Source: Camelus dromedarius (lineage: Eukaryota). Taken from it: a DNA stretch of 64,000 bases. A program made the position numbers and the translations under genes. The first letter of the stretch is position 1. Each line of letters begins with the position of its first letter. Location: the NCBI RefSeq assembly GCF_036321535.1, contig NC_087437.1, forward strand, positions 74,898,001 to 74,962,000, given 5' to 3'. Under the pieces are notes generated by a model, which saw nothing but the letters and a program-made list of their open reading frames with translations, made no database searches and had not been told where the DNA came from. This document shows, piece after piece, positions 13,831 to 28,143 of this stretch.

Positions 13831-16800
13831 TAGCTGGTGATTTACTATTTGACAGCAGCAGCAGTAGAGCTCTGTACCACTGAGCAAATTGCATTGGAGG
13901 AAGAGCTTGATGTGAGAGGAATTAGAGATAAAATTAAAATATTAAAAAACAGTACAGACATTGTGCCTGACTGATTTATATGGCATCAATATATACTCTG
14001 TTTAAAATTGTTACTTTGTGCCAGTTCCCAGCAAATAGCGGGATGGTTCAGGAGTTCAGTGGATTGACTTCCTTTTATTTTGTTTAAATCACATTCTTAG
14101 ATTTTATTCATTTACACTGCTTTCACCTGGCAATTGAAATTATCACCATTGACAGCACTTAGGCTTCCTTTTCTTTCTGACTGCACTTATTATCATGATA
14201 ATGACATTTTTTACATCTATAATGAAGTTTCTTGCTAAAATATCTCAGAGGATCTCACCTGTATTGCAGATAAAATTTGAAAAAGCCAACCATTTTTCTT
14301 TTGTCTGGAATTATATACACTTTGATTCTTACAGTTTGATTTTTACCCTGCCATATCAGAAGCAAGATCTCAAAACTTTCTTCATTAGTCTGCATATGTG
14401 TACCTTGGTAAAAGAGAGTCAATTGTAGCTAATGACTCTGAAAGTAAGACAATGCAATCAGAATTACACATAAGTAGTATTAACAACAGAAGAATGTTTA
14501 GACTTTTGAGAACATTAAGTCAGTTAGAGATTTTGTGTATGTCTGAGTGAGGTAAAGAGAATCCTGGTAGAAGGATAAATTATGCTAACCCAGGCATTGA
14601 GGGGAGACTAGATGACTAGGCTTTTGCCCGTGATAACACAGAACTTTTTATGAGTGTGCAGTAGATCATATTATTATGTCTAATTTTGACTTCCACATTT
14701 TAGAAAGAATAGAAAAAAATGAATATATCTAAAGAAAAGCTATGAAAATGACTAAATGAAAATATAACCTTAAAAGGGAAAGTAAAATTGCTTCTTTAAA
14801 AGAAAAGATGCCATGGAAACCTAACTTTCCTCAGATTTGTTTTTGAAGGTTTGTCATCACGAGGCTCACAGCAGTCTTCTTACCTAGTGTTCAGCTCACA
14901 GAACATTGTGGTTCTGAACTGGGAGGCAGGAGGCCCTAGGGGGCCTTTGAGTATGACTCGGAGTCCTTAGATCCCTGCCTACCAATGACTGTCTAAAGTA
15001 GTGTCATGCCTTGTGCATATATGTGCTGCAGCTTTTCAAGTATGTATAGATGTAGTTGTGGGTAGTAAGATGGAAAATCACATCTTAATCACACGTGTTA
15101 TTAAATTTTTAACTTATTTTTTGTCATCATGTATTTTCTCAAGTTGGGGGTGGTGGTTTTGAAATCATTTTGCAGCTTAAGGAGCTCCTTACAGGAAGCA
15201 GCTGATAGGAAGTGAGAGACAGCAGTGCTGCGTCATCAGATGAAGTCATGAAGCTGACACTCAGTGCAGGTTGGGCCAGCGCCGCAGATTTCTGGAATTT
15301 TGCCTGGAGCCTGCTGTGCTCACTGTAGGGTGAAGAAGTGAAGACATTCTGGCTGCAGCTGCCACTGACTGTACACTACCCCGAGACAGGCCCAGCCCCA
15401 CTCCAACACACCCAGGAGCCAAGAGAAGGGATGGCGTTGAAGGCCTCTTCACCACTGCTGAAGACATCTCTTGCCTTGTTTTCCTCCAATCAAACAGAGC
15501 GCTTTGGGAAGCGGTTATGTAGGCCTTCCCGCATCCCACGTGCACCACACACTCTCTAAGCTGTTGTGCCACTTCTTCCTCTTAAGGGGCGATTGGCTTA
15601 GAGAGGGTACAGGCATCACTACCAACAGGTTGGAACTGACATATCAGTTGAAACCAGTTTGCCATCCCTAACCCAGAGATGCCATCAAGACTATACAAGA
15701 TAAATGACCACACCGTGGATCAGCTTAGGAGGGGTCTGATGTCTGGCTTAGCTTCGAATGACAAACAGGACAGTCTTCCGCAGAGGAGGCGGCATGATTT
15801 ATAGTCTCCTGAGAATGGGTGTGTAACTTCTGTCGGAGGAGATCTTTAGAAATAGAATATAATCATCTGTTTAAGATGCAGAACAACCTGAAGACAGGGA
15901 CCTGATTTAAATACCTTCTCCATCTTACGATTTTCCTGGTGCTTTGATTTCATAAACTGTGTAGCCTTCCTTGTTTGGATGGAAACCATCAAAGCTTGGC
16001 TTTGGTAGTTTATTACTGAATTTAATTATTTTTCCCCTTGGCTAATTGATTCCCTGGATGTCATTGTACATTCTGTGAATAGACATGAAACTGACATCTA
16101 GGAGGGTGTTGTGCTTCTCCTCTTTTTAAGAGGCAAAATCTATTTGAACTGATCTTTTAGTTACTGGTTTGTGGCAAATTTTTCGTAAGTTATTTTAGTA
16201 GTTCCCATTATTTTTTCCTAGTTTTAAGAGACCTGAAAAATTAATCAGACTAATTTAAGCATTAGGAATCTTCTGAATAAAGTACTCTAAACAGAGCGAG
16301 TAATAAATTAAATTTTCGCAGTTTTTCTCAGATACTTAGTCTAGAAATTATGACTTTAATTCTCTGTGCATTAACCCTTGATCATGCTCATTGATTACTC
16401 AAACAAAAGTCTCAAGATATTCATTCTTTTGTAATTTTGAATACTACCTGTTTGGTTATAGCCATTTCCTGTTTTCAAAAGTAAACTGAATTTTCAGATT
16501 AGAATACCCTGCAGTTGTTAAAATAATATAATTTTGAAATTAATAAATTTGGGGTTATCTACATAGCACTCTGTAGGTGGGTGGAAATATTTAAGATGTG
16601 TTTTTAAAAATCAAGTACTTTTGCATGTTTTGAAATTTCATTTTTTTGCTCTTAATTGACTTCTGGATGAAACAGCAATTTTAAAACCTTCATTAAGACG
16701 TATTAACAAAAGATGTTTTATAAAAACCATATATTAAAAAATCCATAATTGTATACCATTCCATTAGTTAAGGCCAATGTAATATAATGAATTTTTATTA

Positions 16801-17368
16801 ATTTTACTGTATTTTGCCAGACTAGGATAGACAGTGATTTTTTTCCCATTTTTATTGGGATATAATTTACAAAAGCTAGTGTATGCTTTAAGTGAACAAC
16901 ATGATGATTTGCTATACATATACATTGTGAAATATTTACCACAATTAAGTTAATTAATATTTCTGCCACCTCACATAGTTACTGTTTTACATGTGTAAGA
17001 GGTGAGAATGCTTAAGATCTACTCTCTCAGCAAATTTCAATTATACAGTACAGTATTATTGACTGTAGTCACCATGCTGTACATTAGATCCTCAGAACTT
17101 ACTCATCTTATAACTGAAAGTTTGTACCCTTCAACCAACACCTCCCTGTTTCCTCTGGCCCACAGTTGCTGGTTTTACTCTACTCTCAGTTTTTATGAGT
17201 TCAACTATATTATTACTGTAATTTTTAGATTCCACATATAAGTCATGGCATACAATATTTATCTTTCTTTGGCTTATTTCATTTAGCAGAATGCTCTCCA
17301 AGTTCATTCTTGTTGCAAGTGGAAGGATTTCCAAATTGTTTATGGATAATAGTCTATTCTCCCTCTTA

Positions 17369-17370
<2 letters not shown>

Positions 17371-17428
<58 letters not shown>
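17371..17428. repeat. Compound microsatellite (CT)10(CA)n inside the L1 3' UTR
   Basis: Read directly. Confidence 0.97.
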
Positions 17429-19481
17429 TTTTCTTCAACATCCCATCCATCAGTGAATATTAAAGTGACTTTAGTATTTCCATATCTTGCTTGTAGTAAC
17501 TAATGCTGCAGTGAACATGGGAGTGCAGGTATCTCTTCAAGACACTGATTTCATATCTTTCAGATACACACCCAGAAGTGGATTTCTGGATCATATAGTA
17601 GTTATACTTTTAATTTTTTGAGGAAACCACATACAGTTTTCCATAATGGTTGTCCCAATTTACATTCCCACCAACAATGTACAAGGGATCCTTTTTACTC
17701 CACATCCTTGACAACACTTGTTTATCTCTTCTCATTTTGATAATAGCCATCCTAACAGGGGTGAGGTGATAGCTTATTTGGTTTTGTTTTCCATTTCCCT
17801 GATTGTTAGTGATGTTGAACACCTTTTTCATGAACCTGTTAGCTATTTGTATGTCTTTTTTGGAAAACTGTTCAATAGGTTTTTTGCCCATTTTTAAATA
17901 AGTATTTGGTTTTTTTGTTTTTGTTTGTGCTATTCAATTGTGTGAGTTCTTTGTGTAGTTTAGATATTAACCCCTTATCGTACAAATGATCCACAGATAT
18001 TTTCTCCCCTTCTGTGTGTTGCCTTTTCATTTTTTGATTGTTTCCTTTGCTGTACAAAAGCTTTTCACTTTGATGTAGTCCCACTTGGGTTTTTTTTCCT
18101 TTTGTTACTTGTGCTTTTGGTGTCATATCCAAAAAAATAAATGCCCACACCAACATCAAGGAGCTTTTTGTTTTATTTTCTTCCAGGAACTCTATGGTTT
18201 TGGGTCTTACATTTAAGTCTTTAACCTATTTTTCCCACCATTTATTGAAAAGACTATTCTTTCCCCATTGTGTATTCCTGGCACTTTTGTCAAAGGTTAG
18301 TTTACTGTATATGTTTGAGTTTACCTCTAGGCTTCCTATTCTGTTCCATTGGTCAGTATTTCTGTTTTTCTGCCAATGCCATACTGTTTTGATTACTATA
18401 GCTTTGTAATATAATTTGTAATTAGGAATTGTGATGCCTCTAGTTTTGTTCTTCTTTCTCAAGATAGCTTTGTCTATTCTGGTATATTGCTTCTGTACCT
18501 AATGCATTGAGAGGTTTTATCATAAAAGGATGTTGAATTTTGTCAAATGCTATTTCTACATCTATTGAGATTATCAAATGATTTTTATTCTTCATTCCAT
18601 TAATGTGATGTATGGTGTTTATTGATTTGTGTATGTTGAACCGTTCTTGCATCCAGAGATGAATACCACACAATCCTCCTATCTCTCTGCTGAATTTGGT
18701 GTGCTTTATTTTGTTGACAATTTTTGTATCCATGTTCACCACTGGCATTAGCCTGTACTTTTCTTGTAGTGTCCGTACCTGGTTTTGGAATCAGGGTAAT
18801 GTGGGCCTTATGAAAATGAGTTTGGAGGTGTGTCTTCCTCTTCAATTTTGGAAAAGATGGAGAAGGACAGGAATTCATTTTTTAAAAATGTTTGATAAAA
18901 TTCACCAGTAAAGCTATCTGGTACTTGGCTTTTCTTTGTTGAGAGATTTTTTGATTATTGATTCAATCTCTCTATTCATTCTTGGGTTGTTCAGATTTTC
19001 TATTTCTTTATGATTCAGTCTTAGTAGGTTATATGTTTCTAGGAATTTACCTATTTCTTCTACGTTATATAATTTGTTGGCAAGTAGTTGTTCATAGTTT
19101 CTTAATGTCCTTTGTATTTCTGTATTATCAGTTGTAATGTCTCCTCTTTCATTTCTGATTTTATTTGAGTCTTCACTCTTTTTCTTACCTAGTCTGATTA
19201 AGGGTTTGTCAATTATATTTATCTTTTCAAAAAGCAGCTGTTAGTTTTAGTGATCTTTTCTATTTTTAAATTCTCTATTCCATTTATTCTGTTCTGATAT
19301 TTACTTTCTTCTGTTAACTTTGGTCTTAGTTCTTTTTCTAGTTCCTTGATGTGTAAAATTAGATTGAGATCTTTCTTGTTTCTTAATGTAGGTGCTTATC
19401 ACTATGGATGTCTTTCTTAGAACTGCTTTTGTTGCATCTGATGTTTTGGTATGTTGTGTTTCTGTTTTCATTTATCTCAAT

Positions 19482-21295
19482 ATTTTTTTTAATTGAAGTA
19501 TAGTCAGCTTACAATGTTGTGTCAATTTCTGGTGTGCACCATAATGTTTTAGTTATACATACATATATTTGTTTTCACATTCTTTTTCATTAAAGGTTAT
19601 TACAGGATATTGAATACAGTTCCCTGTGCTATACAGAAAAATTTGTTTTTTAATCTATTTTTATATATGGTGGCTAACATTTGCAAATCTTTAACTCCCA
19701 AATTTATCCCTTCCCACCCTCCTCCCCTGGTAACCATAAGATTGTTTACTATGTGAGTCTGTTTCTGTTTTGTAGATGAGTTCATTAGCGTCCTCTTTTT
19801 TTCTTTATTTTTAGATTCCACATACAAGTGGTATCGTATGGTATTTTCTTTCTCTTTCTGGCTTCGTTTAGAATGATGATCTCTAGGTCCATCCATGTTG
19901 CTGCAAATGGCATTATTTTATTATTTTTTATGGCCAAGTACTATTCCATTGTGTAAGTATACCACAGCTCCTTTATCCAGTCATCTGTTGATGGACATTT
20001 AGGTTGTTTCCATGTCTTGGCTATTGTAAATAGTGCTGCTATGATCATTGGGGTGCATGTATCTTTTCAAATTAAGAGTTTCCTCTTGATATATGCCCAG
20101 GAGTTGGATTGCTGGATCATATGGTAAGTCTGTTTTTAGTCATTTGAGGAATCTCTATGCTGTTTTCCATAATGGGTGCACCAAACTACATTCCCAGCAA
20201 CACTGTAGGAGGGTTCCCTTTTCTCCACACCCTCTCCAGCATTTATCATTTGTGGACTTTTGAATAATGGCCATTCTAACTGGGGTGAGGTGAAACCTCA
20301 TTGTAGTTTTGATTTTCATTTCTCTGATTAATGATATTGAGCATTTTTTTTTCAATGCATTTGCATGTCTTCATTGGAGAATTGCTTGTTTAGGTCTTCT
20401 GTCCATTTTTGGATTGGGTGGGTTGTTTTATTTTGTTATTAAGTTGTACGAGCTGTTTATATATTCTGGAAATTAAGCTCTTGTCAGTTTCATCTTTTGC
20501 AAATATTTTCTTCCATTCCGTAGGTTGTCTTTTTGTTTTGCTTATGGTTTCCTTTGCTGTGAAAAGCTCATAAGTTTAATTAAGTCCCATTTGTTAATTT
20601 TTGCTTTTATTTCTATTGCCTGAGTAGAATGCCCTAGGAGAACATTGCTGAGATTTGTGTCAGATAATGCTTTGCCTGTGTTTTCTTCTAAGAGGTTTAT
20701 AGTGTCTTGTCTTATGTTGAAGTCTTTAAGCCATTTTGAGTTTATTTTGTGTATGGTGTGAGGGAGCATTCTAACTTCACTGATTTACATATGGCTCTCC
20801 AGTTATCCCAGCACCATTTGCTGAAGAGATTGTCTTTACTCCGTTGTATGTTCTTGCCTCCTTTGTCAAAGATTGACCAAAAGTTTGTGGATTTTATTTC
20901 TGGGCTCTCTATTCTGTTCCATTGATCCATATGTCTGTTTTTGTATCAAAACCATGCTGTTTTGATTACATAGCTCTGTAGTAGTATCTGAAGTCTGAGA
21001 GGGTTGTTCTTCCAGCTTCATTCTTTTTCTTCAGTATTGCTTTGGCAATTCTGGGTCTTTTGTGATTCTGTATAAATTTTAGGATTATTTGTTCTATTTC
21101 TGTGAAAAATTTTCTGGGTAATTTGATAGTGATCACATTAAATATAAATAGCTTTTGTTATGTTGAGATATGTTCCCTCTATACCAACTTTGGTAAGAGT
21201 TTTTTTTTTTTTTATCATGAATGGGTGTTGAATTTTATCAAATGCTTTTTCAGTGTTTATTGAGATGATCATGATTTTTTTCCTTTCTTTTTTTT
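19482..21295 (-). mobile_element. Younger 5'-truncated L1 nested in the older L1
   Basis: A new T-tail and 3' UTR 'tttttttaattgaagtatagtcagcttacaatgttgtg' start here. A second copy of the ORF2 C-terminus follows ([33 protein letters not shown]). Confidence 0.9.
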
Positions 21296-24084
21296 TTTTG
21301 ATTCCCTACTATCATTGCATTGCTGTCTATTTCTTCCTTTAAATTTGTTACTATTTGCTTAATATATTTAGGTGCTCTGATGTTGGATGTATGTGTATTT
21401 ACAATTGTTATAGCCTCTTGATGATTCAACTTCTCTATCACTGGGTAATAACTTTTTTTTCCCTCTTCTTATCATTTTTGACTTAAAGTTTATTTGTTCT
21501 GATACGAGTATAGTTACCCATGCTCATTTTTGGTTTCCATTTGCATTGTATATTTTTTTCCATCTCTTCAGTTTGAGCTAATGTGTGTCCTTAAAACTAA
21601 AGTGAATCTCTTATAGGCAGCATATAGTTGGATCTTATATATTCAGCCACTTTACAACTTCTGATGGGAGAATTTAATCCACTTACATTTAAAATAATTA
21701 TGGATAGATAAGGACTTACTGCTGCTATCTTATTGATTGTTTTCTGGCTGCTTTTTAGTTCCTTTGTTTCTTTCTTCCTCTCTTGGTCTCATCCTTTGTG
21801 TTACAATGATTTTCTGTAGTGTTATATTTTGAATCCTTTCTTTTTATCTTCTGTGCATCTGCTACACGTTTTTGCTTTGTGGTTATGAGATTTACATAAA
21901 ATACGTTATACTTATAATAGTTTATTCTAAGTATAACAACTTCACTTGCATGTAAAAACTTGACCTTTATATTCCCTCCCCCCACAAACATTTTGTTTTT
22001 TATTTCATAGCTTACATGTTTTACTATTGTATATCCATTAAGAAATTATTGTAGCTATGGTTTTTTTTAATACTTTTGTCTTTTAAACTTTATACTAGAT
22101 TTAAGTGATTTATATACCACCATTACAAAATTAAAGTATCCTGATTTTGACTATGTATTTACCCTTACCAGTGAGTTTTATGTTTTCAAGTTACTAGTTA
22201 GTTTCTTTTCATTTCAGCTTGGAGAACATCCTTTAATATTTCTTGTAAGGCAGGACTACTGGTAATTAACTCCCTCAGCTTTTGTTTTGTTTGTTTTGTT
22301 TGTTGATTTTTTTTTTTTTTATCTTTCCCTCATTTCTAAAGGACATATTTGCTGGATAACATGTTCTTGATTAGCAGGGGTTTTTTTTCCTCCCAGCACT
22401 TTGATTGTATTATCCCATTCTCTCAGTGTTTTGGCTGAAAAATCCACTAATAGCCTTTTGGGAGTTCCTTTGAATGGGAGGAATTATTTTCTCAGGATAA
22501 TTGTATAAATATCTACAAACTGAGTAACACATGGAACAAAACAGGAACTGGTGTGATATGTTTTTTCCCACTACCATTTCACTGACCAATGTACTTATCT
22601 ACTTGCTGAAGCATCTACCTAGTCTTTAGGGGCCACTACATGGAAATTTGTTTTAATAACATATTATAAATTGTTCATATTGGAGTAACTTCTGTCTGAA
22701 GGAAAAAAGTCAAAGTTCCCATGGCAGTTAGGAAAAGCCATTTCTGATCCCCAGATTGAGTAACTCTGGTTGTTTTCTTTGTCCTGATATCTACTTTGAA
22801 TAGTATATCTTCTATCAGTCACCTATCATTAGATGTTGGGCTACTGAATGTTCTCATTTCTGCCTTTGATAACCAGTAATCCTTTAGTATTATTTAGTCT
22901 TATAAGTAAACATTAAGCTCTGAGTGTCAGCTGCTGAAAACAGAATCCTAAACATAGCTATTGTCTTCAAGGATTTCACTCTCTAAAGGGAAAAACAGGC
23001 ATCAAAGTGAACTGAAATGTAATGTGTAATGTTGTAAGAGTGGTGTGATCACAGAGCACATAACAACCCACACTCAAGAGGTGTGTGTCTATATTTCTAA
23101 CATTCTAGTAGTTTTACCTCTGTTAAAATCCTCGTGGTGGGGTTCACAGTTGATACTCATTTTATAAGTTTGCTGGGTTGTGTTAATTGTGTTTAGTTAA
23201 TGTTTTCAGGGAGAGATATTATTTAAATTTTATTTTATCCTGAACAACACATCGATGAGCTGTTTTGTCAAGAGTGCAGCAACATTTTTTGAGGGCTTGT
23301 TAGGTGCAGGATGCTGATCTCTGAGTTGAGGGCATGCAAAGTGATAAAGCACAGTTCCTCCTTTGAAAAGGTGAGGTCTTCTTGGGGAAGTAACAATGAG
23401 AAAGAGAACAAATACAGATTAGCAGCAACTTAAATTTCTTCAGGGCCCTATAGTTTTTAATACACCTTCATATTTATTCTTAGTGATAACAATGTAAGGC
23501 AAGTTATTGTAAACATTTACTTTATGGTTAAGAAAATTTACTGGCTTCCCACAGTTACACAGTGAATTTGTGGCAGACACAGTGGTCAAAGTCACCTGAC
23601 TTTTATCTACACCACTTCATGCCTCAACATAGTAAGAGCTGAGTAGTTCATGTGAAATTCAGAGGACAGGACCTCATGAGCCCTGTCCAGACACCAAAGA
23701 GTATTTCAGGATCTGGTGTGCAGTGAAAAAGTAGGGTCTGAGTTGAGAAAAGCCCAAGGAGCAGAATGCAAAGTGAAATTTGAGGTGCGAGCTGGTAGGG
23801 ATTTTGTGAAAAAACAAGGCAGGAGACCTGAGAATTTGTGGGCTGTCAGCCCAGCCCAGTTGTAAAGCCCCTTTGGAAGACTGAGTCCCTTCCCTGTTAG
23901 TCTTAAAGGCACGTAGCATTCTGAACCTAAATTTTAACAGGAATAGTTAGGTGTAAGGATGTTTATTTGTGTTTTGCTTGGATTACACAGTGGTATGTTA
24001 AGGTTGATGTAAGCCTGGCCCTATTTCATGTATGTTATTTCCAAGATATATATTTTAGAACCTTACTTTTTGAACTTTGTACGT

Positions 24085-24160
24085 TGATGAAATGTATGTC
24101 TGCCACATTTCAAGTGGTCAGTAGCCACATGTGGCCAGTTGATTATCATATTGGACAGAA
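24085..24160. mobile_element. MER3-like hAT-Charlie fragment
   Basis: 'gccacatttcaagtggtcagtagccacatgtggccagt....catattggacag'. Confidence 0.7.
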
Positions 24161-25298
24161 TGGTAAACGTGGATTCTTTTTTCAAAAAAAATTTTTTAAG
24201 TGATACATGCACGTGTAAAAACATTCAAAATGTTCAGAAAGTAAAAAATGAAAAGTGAAAGTACCTTCCCCTGACCTCTTCTCAAACTGTCCCTTTCTCC
24301 AGTGATAGCCGCTATTAAAACTTTCTTTTGTATCCTTTTAGGAAAAGAAAAGTATGTCTGTCAAAATTTTATATGTATATGCTTTTTTGCATTGCAAAAA
24401 TTGACTATGCTAGGTATGCTGTTTTATGTCTTTAAAAAATTACTATTAAAATTCTCTCTTGGAGATCTTAATACAATAATTTGGCTCTAACTCCGTGTTT
24501 TAAAGGTTACCTAGTGTTCCCTTGTTTGGAAATGGGATTTATCAGTTCCCTGTTCTAGGCTTTTACATTGCTTCCAGGTGTTTTGTTTCTGTTTTTGTTT
24601 TGTTTGTTTGCTATTTAAAAAGTGCTATAATATATATGGCCATTGTTTTGTGTGTTTGTAGGAAAGATTCCTAGCGGTGCAATTGCTGGATCAAAGAATA
24701 AAAACACTGCCTCTCAAGGAGGACTCCTGCATATTCCTCCACAACAAGTGCTGTTTCTAAGCAAGGATGATGTTTAGAGTCTGGGGCGAGGGTAGGGCAT
24801 AAACAACAGAGACTGGAAGGAAAGGGGGAAAGAGAGAAAATAGAAACTCTGGATGTGAGACAAGATGATAAATATTTGTATCAGTAGTCTTAAGGGTGGC
24901 TGTTAAGTTTAATCAGTACAGTCTCTCCTGGGAATATTTAAGAAAAAAATTTGAAATGTCAATGTATTTTACTGCAACAATAAAAGTAGGTATTTATTTT
25001 ATAACTGAAATTGTGTTTAGTTTTATTATAAAGGTATTGCATATTTATTACATATAATTTGGACAATGCAAGAGAGTATAAAGCAGAAAACAAATTTCAC
25101 CTGTACTCAGAGAAAACCAATGTTAATATTTTAATTTCTTATTTCTGTATATATATACTAAGTTTTACATAGTTGAGATCATATTGTACATACATATGTT
25201 TATATCCAAACTTCTCTTTGCTTATCATCTTGATCTTATTGATTTTATATTCTTTCATTATTCTCTGCCTGCTTTCTTTTTTCTTCCTTTTTTTTCAG

Positions 25299-25424
25299 GT
25301 AATAGAAGTCTGACATTGTTTTGGAATGAATTTGGATATGCAAATAATGATGTGGAGAGATCTTTAGATTCTGTTCGGTATCACAGAAGACAAGCCATGG
25401 CCATCCCATTCATCATTCAGTGTG
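25299..25424 (+). CDS. MORC1: MORC1 coding exon F (126 nt; SNRSLTLFWNEFGYANNDVERSLDSVRYHRRQAMAIPFIIQC), start of CW finger
   Basis: Long polypyrimidine tract with cag acceptor and gtgagt donor. Lies within ORF-track 25184..25435. Phase 1 in, 1 out. Confidence 0.96.
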
Positions 25425-25439
25425 GTGAGTGTTGAATTC

Positions 25440-26480
25440 CACTCCAGTTAGCAAACATTTAGTGAGTTCCTAATATACAAATCATTGGGTCAAAAATGGG
25501 GTGTGAAGAAGACAAAGGTGGGTAAGACAAGGTTCTTGCTTTCAAGGAGATTTAGGTCTAGAAGAAAGGTTAAGATGAGCATGCAAATAATTATAATAGA
25601 GGTGAAAATAATGTAAATGATGGGAAAGAGACATAAAGTTCTTTGGGGGTTCAAAGAGTAGGGGGAAGAGGAAGTTGAAGCAAGGCTTCTGGCAGAGGTG
25701 GACTTTTGAAAGGCAGAGCTGTAGCTGGAAGTGTGTGTTAGTATCAGGTGTATCCTTCAGCTAATATTTTTGTGATGGAATAATAGAAACAGTCATTTTC
25801 CTGTTTTTAATACTCAACACTGTGTTAACATATATAGTAGGTACTTAGTAATTGACTACTGAATGAATGAATGATGAATAAATAATGAGACAAAACTATT
25901 AGGCTGAGTAAACATGTTAAATGGCCTTGAATGCCAGGATAAGGAGTTTTTACTTTAATAAGCAATGGAGAGGCATTGGAAGCTTTTCAAAAAGAGAGTG
26001 ATATCATTGGAGCATTGAACACTTATTGTTGCCTTGGATATGTCTTCTAGCCACTATACCATGGGTTAGAGAATTAAAGACAGTCCCTATTGTCTGCAAG
26101 GAATCTGCCATCCAGTGGGGAGGACAGTCAAGCAAACAAACAAAAAAAAGCACACTGTAGTGTGCAAAATAGTGTAATTATTTACACACGGCTGAAGGAA
26201 TACCCCAATCTTTAGCCTGGAGTGGTCTAAATAGGACCTGACTGGTTAGATGTCACTTGCAGTAAGCTTGCTCTGGCAGCTCAGGGCAGAATGATTTGGA
26301 GGGAGGGCTAGAGCAAAGATTAGGGTCAGACCTCTGATGATACTACAGGCATAATCCAGGATCCAGGTGAGAAATTGTAAATGTCTGAGAAAAGGCATGG
26401 CAGTGAGATTTAAGAGGAACACCCATGACAGATACTTAGAAGGTATAATTGAGGAAATTGATGACTATATGCAACAACCT
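25440..26480 (-). mobile_element. L2 fragments
   Basis: L2 body motifs 'ggccttgaatgccaggataaggagttt..acttta', 'caatggagaggcattggaagcttt' and 'ataatccagg..gaga'. Confidence 0.6.
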
Positions 26481-26717
26481 CCTGAATGATAGTAAGAATG
26501 GCTAAAAATCACTCTGTGTTTTTGATATGTGCAAGGTACTGCCAGAATCCATTCTCCAGTACCTGAGAGCTGTATGAAATTGGGCCAATTCCTTAACTTC
26601 TCTAAGCCTCAGTTTTCTTATTTATAAAATGAGGTTAGTATTTGTAGCTACATTATACAGTTTAGTGAAAATATAATTAATTAACACATGTAAAAGTTTA
26701 CTAAGTGCTTAAGATAG

Positions 26718-27291
26718 TATACTAGAGTTCTCCAGAGAAACAGAACCAGCAGAATAGATGAACATATGGGTGGATGAATGGATGGATGGAAAGGTAGATA
26801 GACAGATAGGTATTAATTATAGAGAATTGGTGCACATAATTATGGAGGCTTACAAGTCCCAAGATCTGTTGTCAGCAAGCTGGGGACCCAGAAGAGCCAT
26901 GGTTTAATTTCAGTTTCAATCTGAAGGCCTAAAAACCAGAAGAGCCAATGATGTCTTTTCAATCTAAATGTTGACAAGCTTGATACCTAGGAAGAGTTGA
27001 TGTTTTAGTTTTTTGGAATGTGGGGAAAAGCTAATGTCCCAGTTCAAGACAGTCAGAAAGAAGCCCCTCTTACTCTTAAGAGAGTCAGCCTTTTTTTTGC
27101 TCTATTCATGCCTTCAACTGATTTGATGAGGCTCACCCACATTAGGAAGAACAATCTGCTTTACTCATTCTACCAACTCAAATGTTAACCTCATCCAAAA
27201 GACCCTTACATATATACTCAGAATAATGTTTGACCAAATATCCAGGCACTCCATAGTCCAGTCAAATTGACACATAAAATTAACTATTACC
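26718..27291 (-). mobile_element. MLT2-like ERVL solo LTR, inserted in a MIR-rich area
   Basis: 'gttctccagagaaacagaacca', 'caagtcccaagatctg' and 'ccagtcaaattgacacataaaattaactattac'. Confidence 0.88.
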
Positions 27292-28143
27292 AATAATATT
27301 GAGCAATGTTGGTTTTTATCATTAGTATTATTTCATTTAATTCTTAGTAACCCTTTTAGGTAAGTACTAAAATTAATCTCTTTTTACAGGTGATGATACT
27401 GAAACAGAGAGAAGTAATTTTTCCTAGGTCATTGAGGTGGTAATTATGGAGCTATTCAGATTCTTAACTACTGTGCACCCTGCCTCCATCTTAGATGAAC
27501 AGAGAGAAGTATTTACTTAACAGCCATTAGCACTGTGTCCGAAGGGAATTCAGGAGTAAAGTGAAGCATAGGCTGCAGAGGGTAGGGTGCAAAAGCAAAG
27601 AGGGACTGAAAGGGAGAAATGGACGAAGTAGTCAGTAAATAGAGACTGGAGAGTAGGATAAGAGCAGCTTTTGAAAGTACAGAACAAGGAAGTGTATAAA
27701 TGGTAGAGAGAGCTTGATTTCCTAGTTATGGTGGTTGTGTGGTTGGAGATGGAAAGTGGTGTTGCCAGCAGTTAGATAACAGGTCAGAAAAAATGCGGGA
27801 GTCAAGTCACTGGAAGTCTCATGTAGTTTAAGAAAAAATAAAGAGGGATGGATTACTTAAGATTCTTTTGGCTGAAACTAGCAGAAACCAACTGGAAAGA
27901 ACTTAAGCAATAATAGTGACAACAGCAACAGCAACAACAATTTATTGATGGTGTCCTTGGGTAGCTCATAGAATCCTAAACTGTTTGTGCCACCAAATAT
28001 AGTGGTATAGTGTCAAGGATTCACTTGTCATTGGATTGAAAGATAGCTCATACTTCTGGTATATGCAGTCTGACATCCTACTCTGATAGGTTCACTTCTG
28101 ATTGTGATCTTTCTTGTGTGTGATTTTGCTTTGATGATTTTAG

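Larger units (their letters stand above)
16838..22493 (-). mobile_element. Older L1 (L1MA-like) from 3' UTR through ORF2 to the ORF1 end, degenerate, interrupted by a younger L1
   Basis: Minus-strand ORF fragments carry L1 ORF2 motifs: [44 protein letters not shown], and endonuclease-like NIRAPKYIKQ...IVG. An L1 3' UTR lies at the left end. Confidence 0.92.

Noticed and set aside
16838..22493. Active full-length L1
   Set aside because: It has many stops, frameshifts and deletions, a nested insertion, and no recognisable 5' UTR.
25750..25757. U12-type donor motif GTATCCTT
   Set aside because: It lies within an L2-like intronic region and no exon ends there. All identified MORC1 donors are U2-type.
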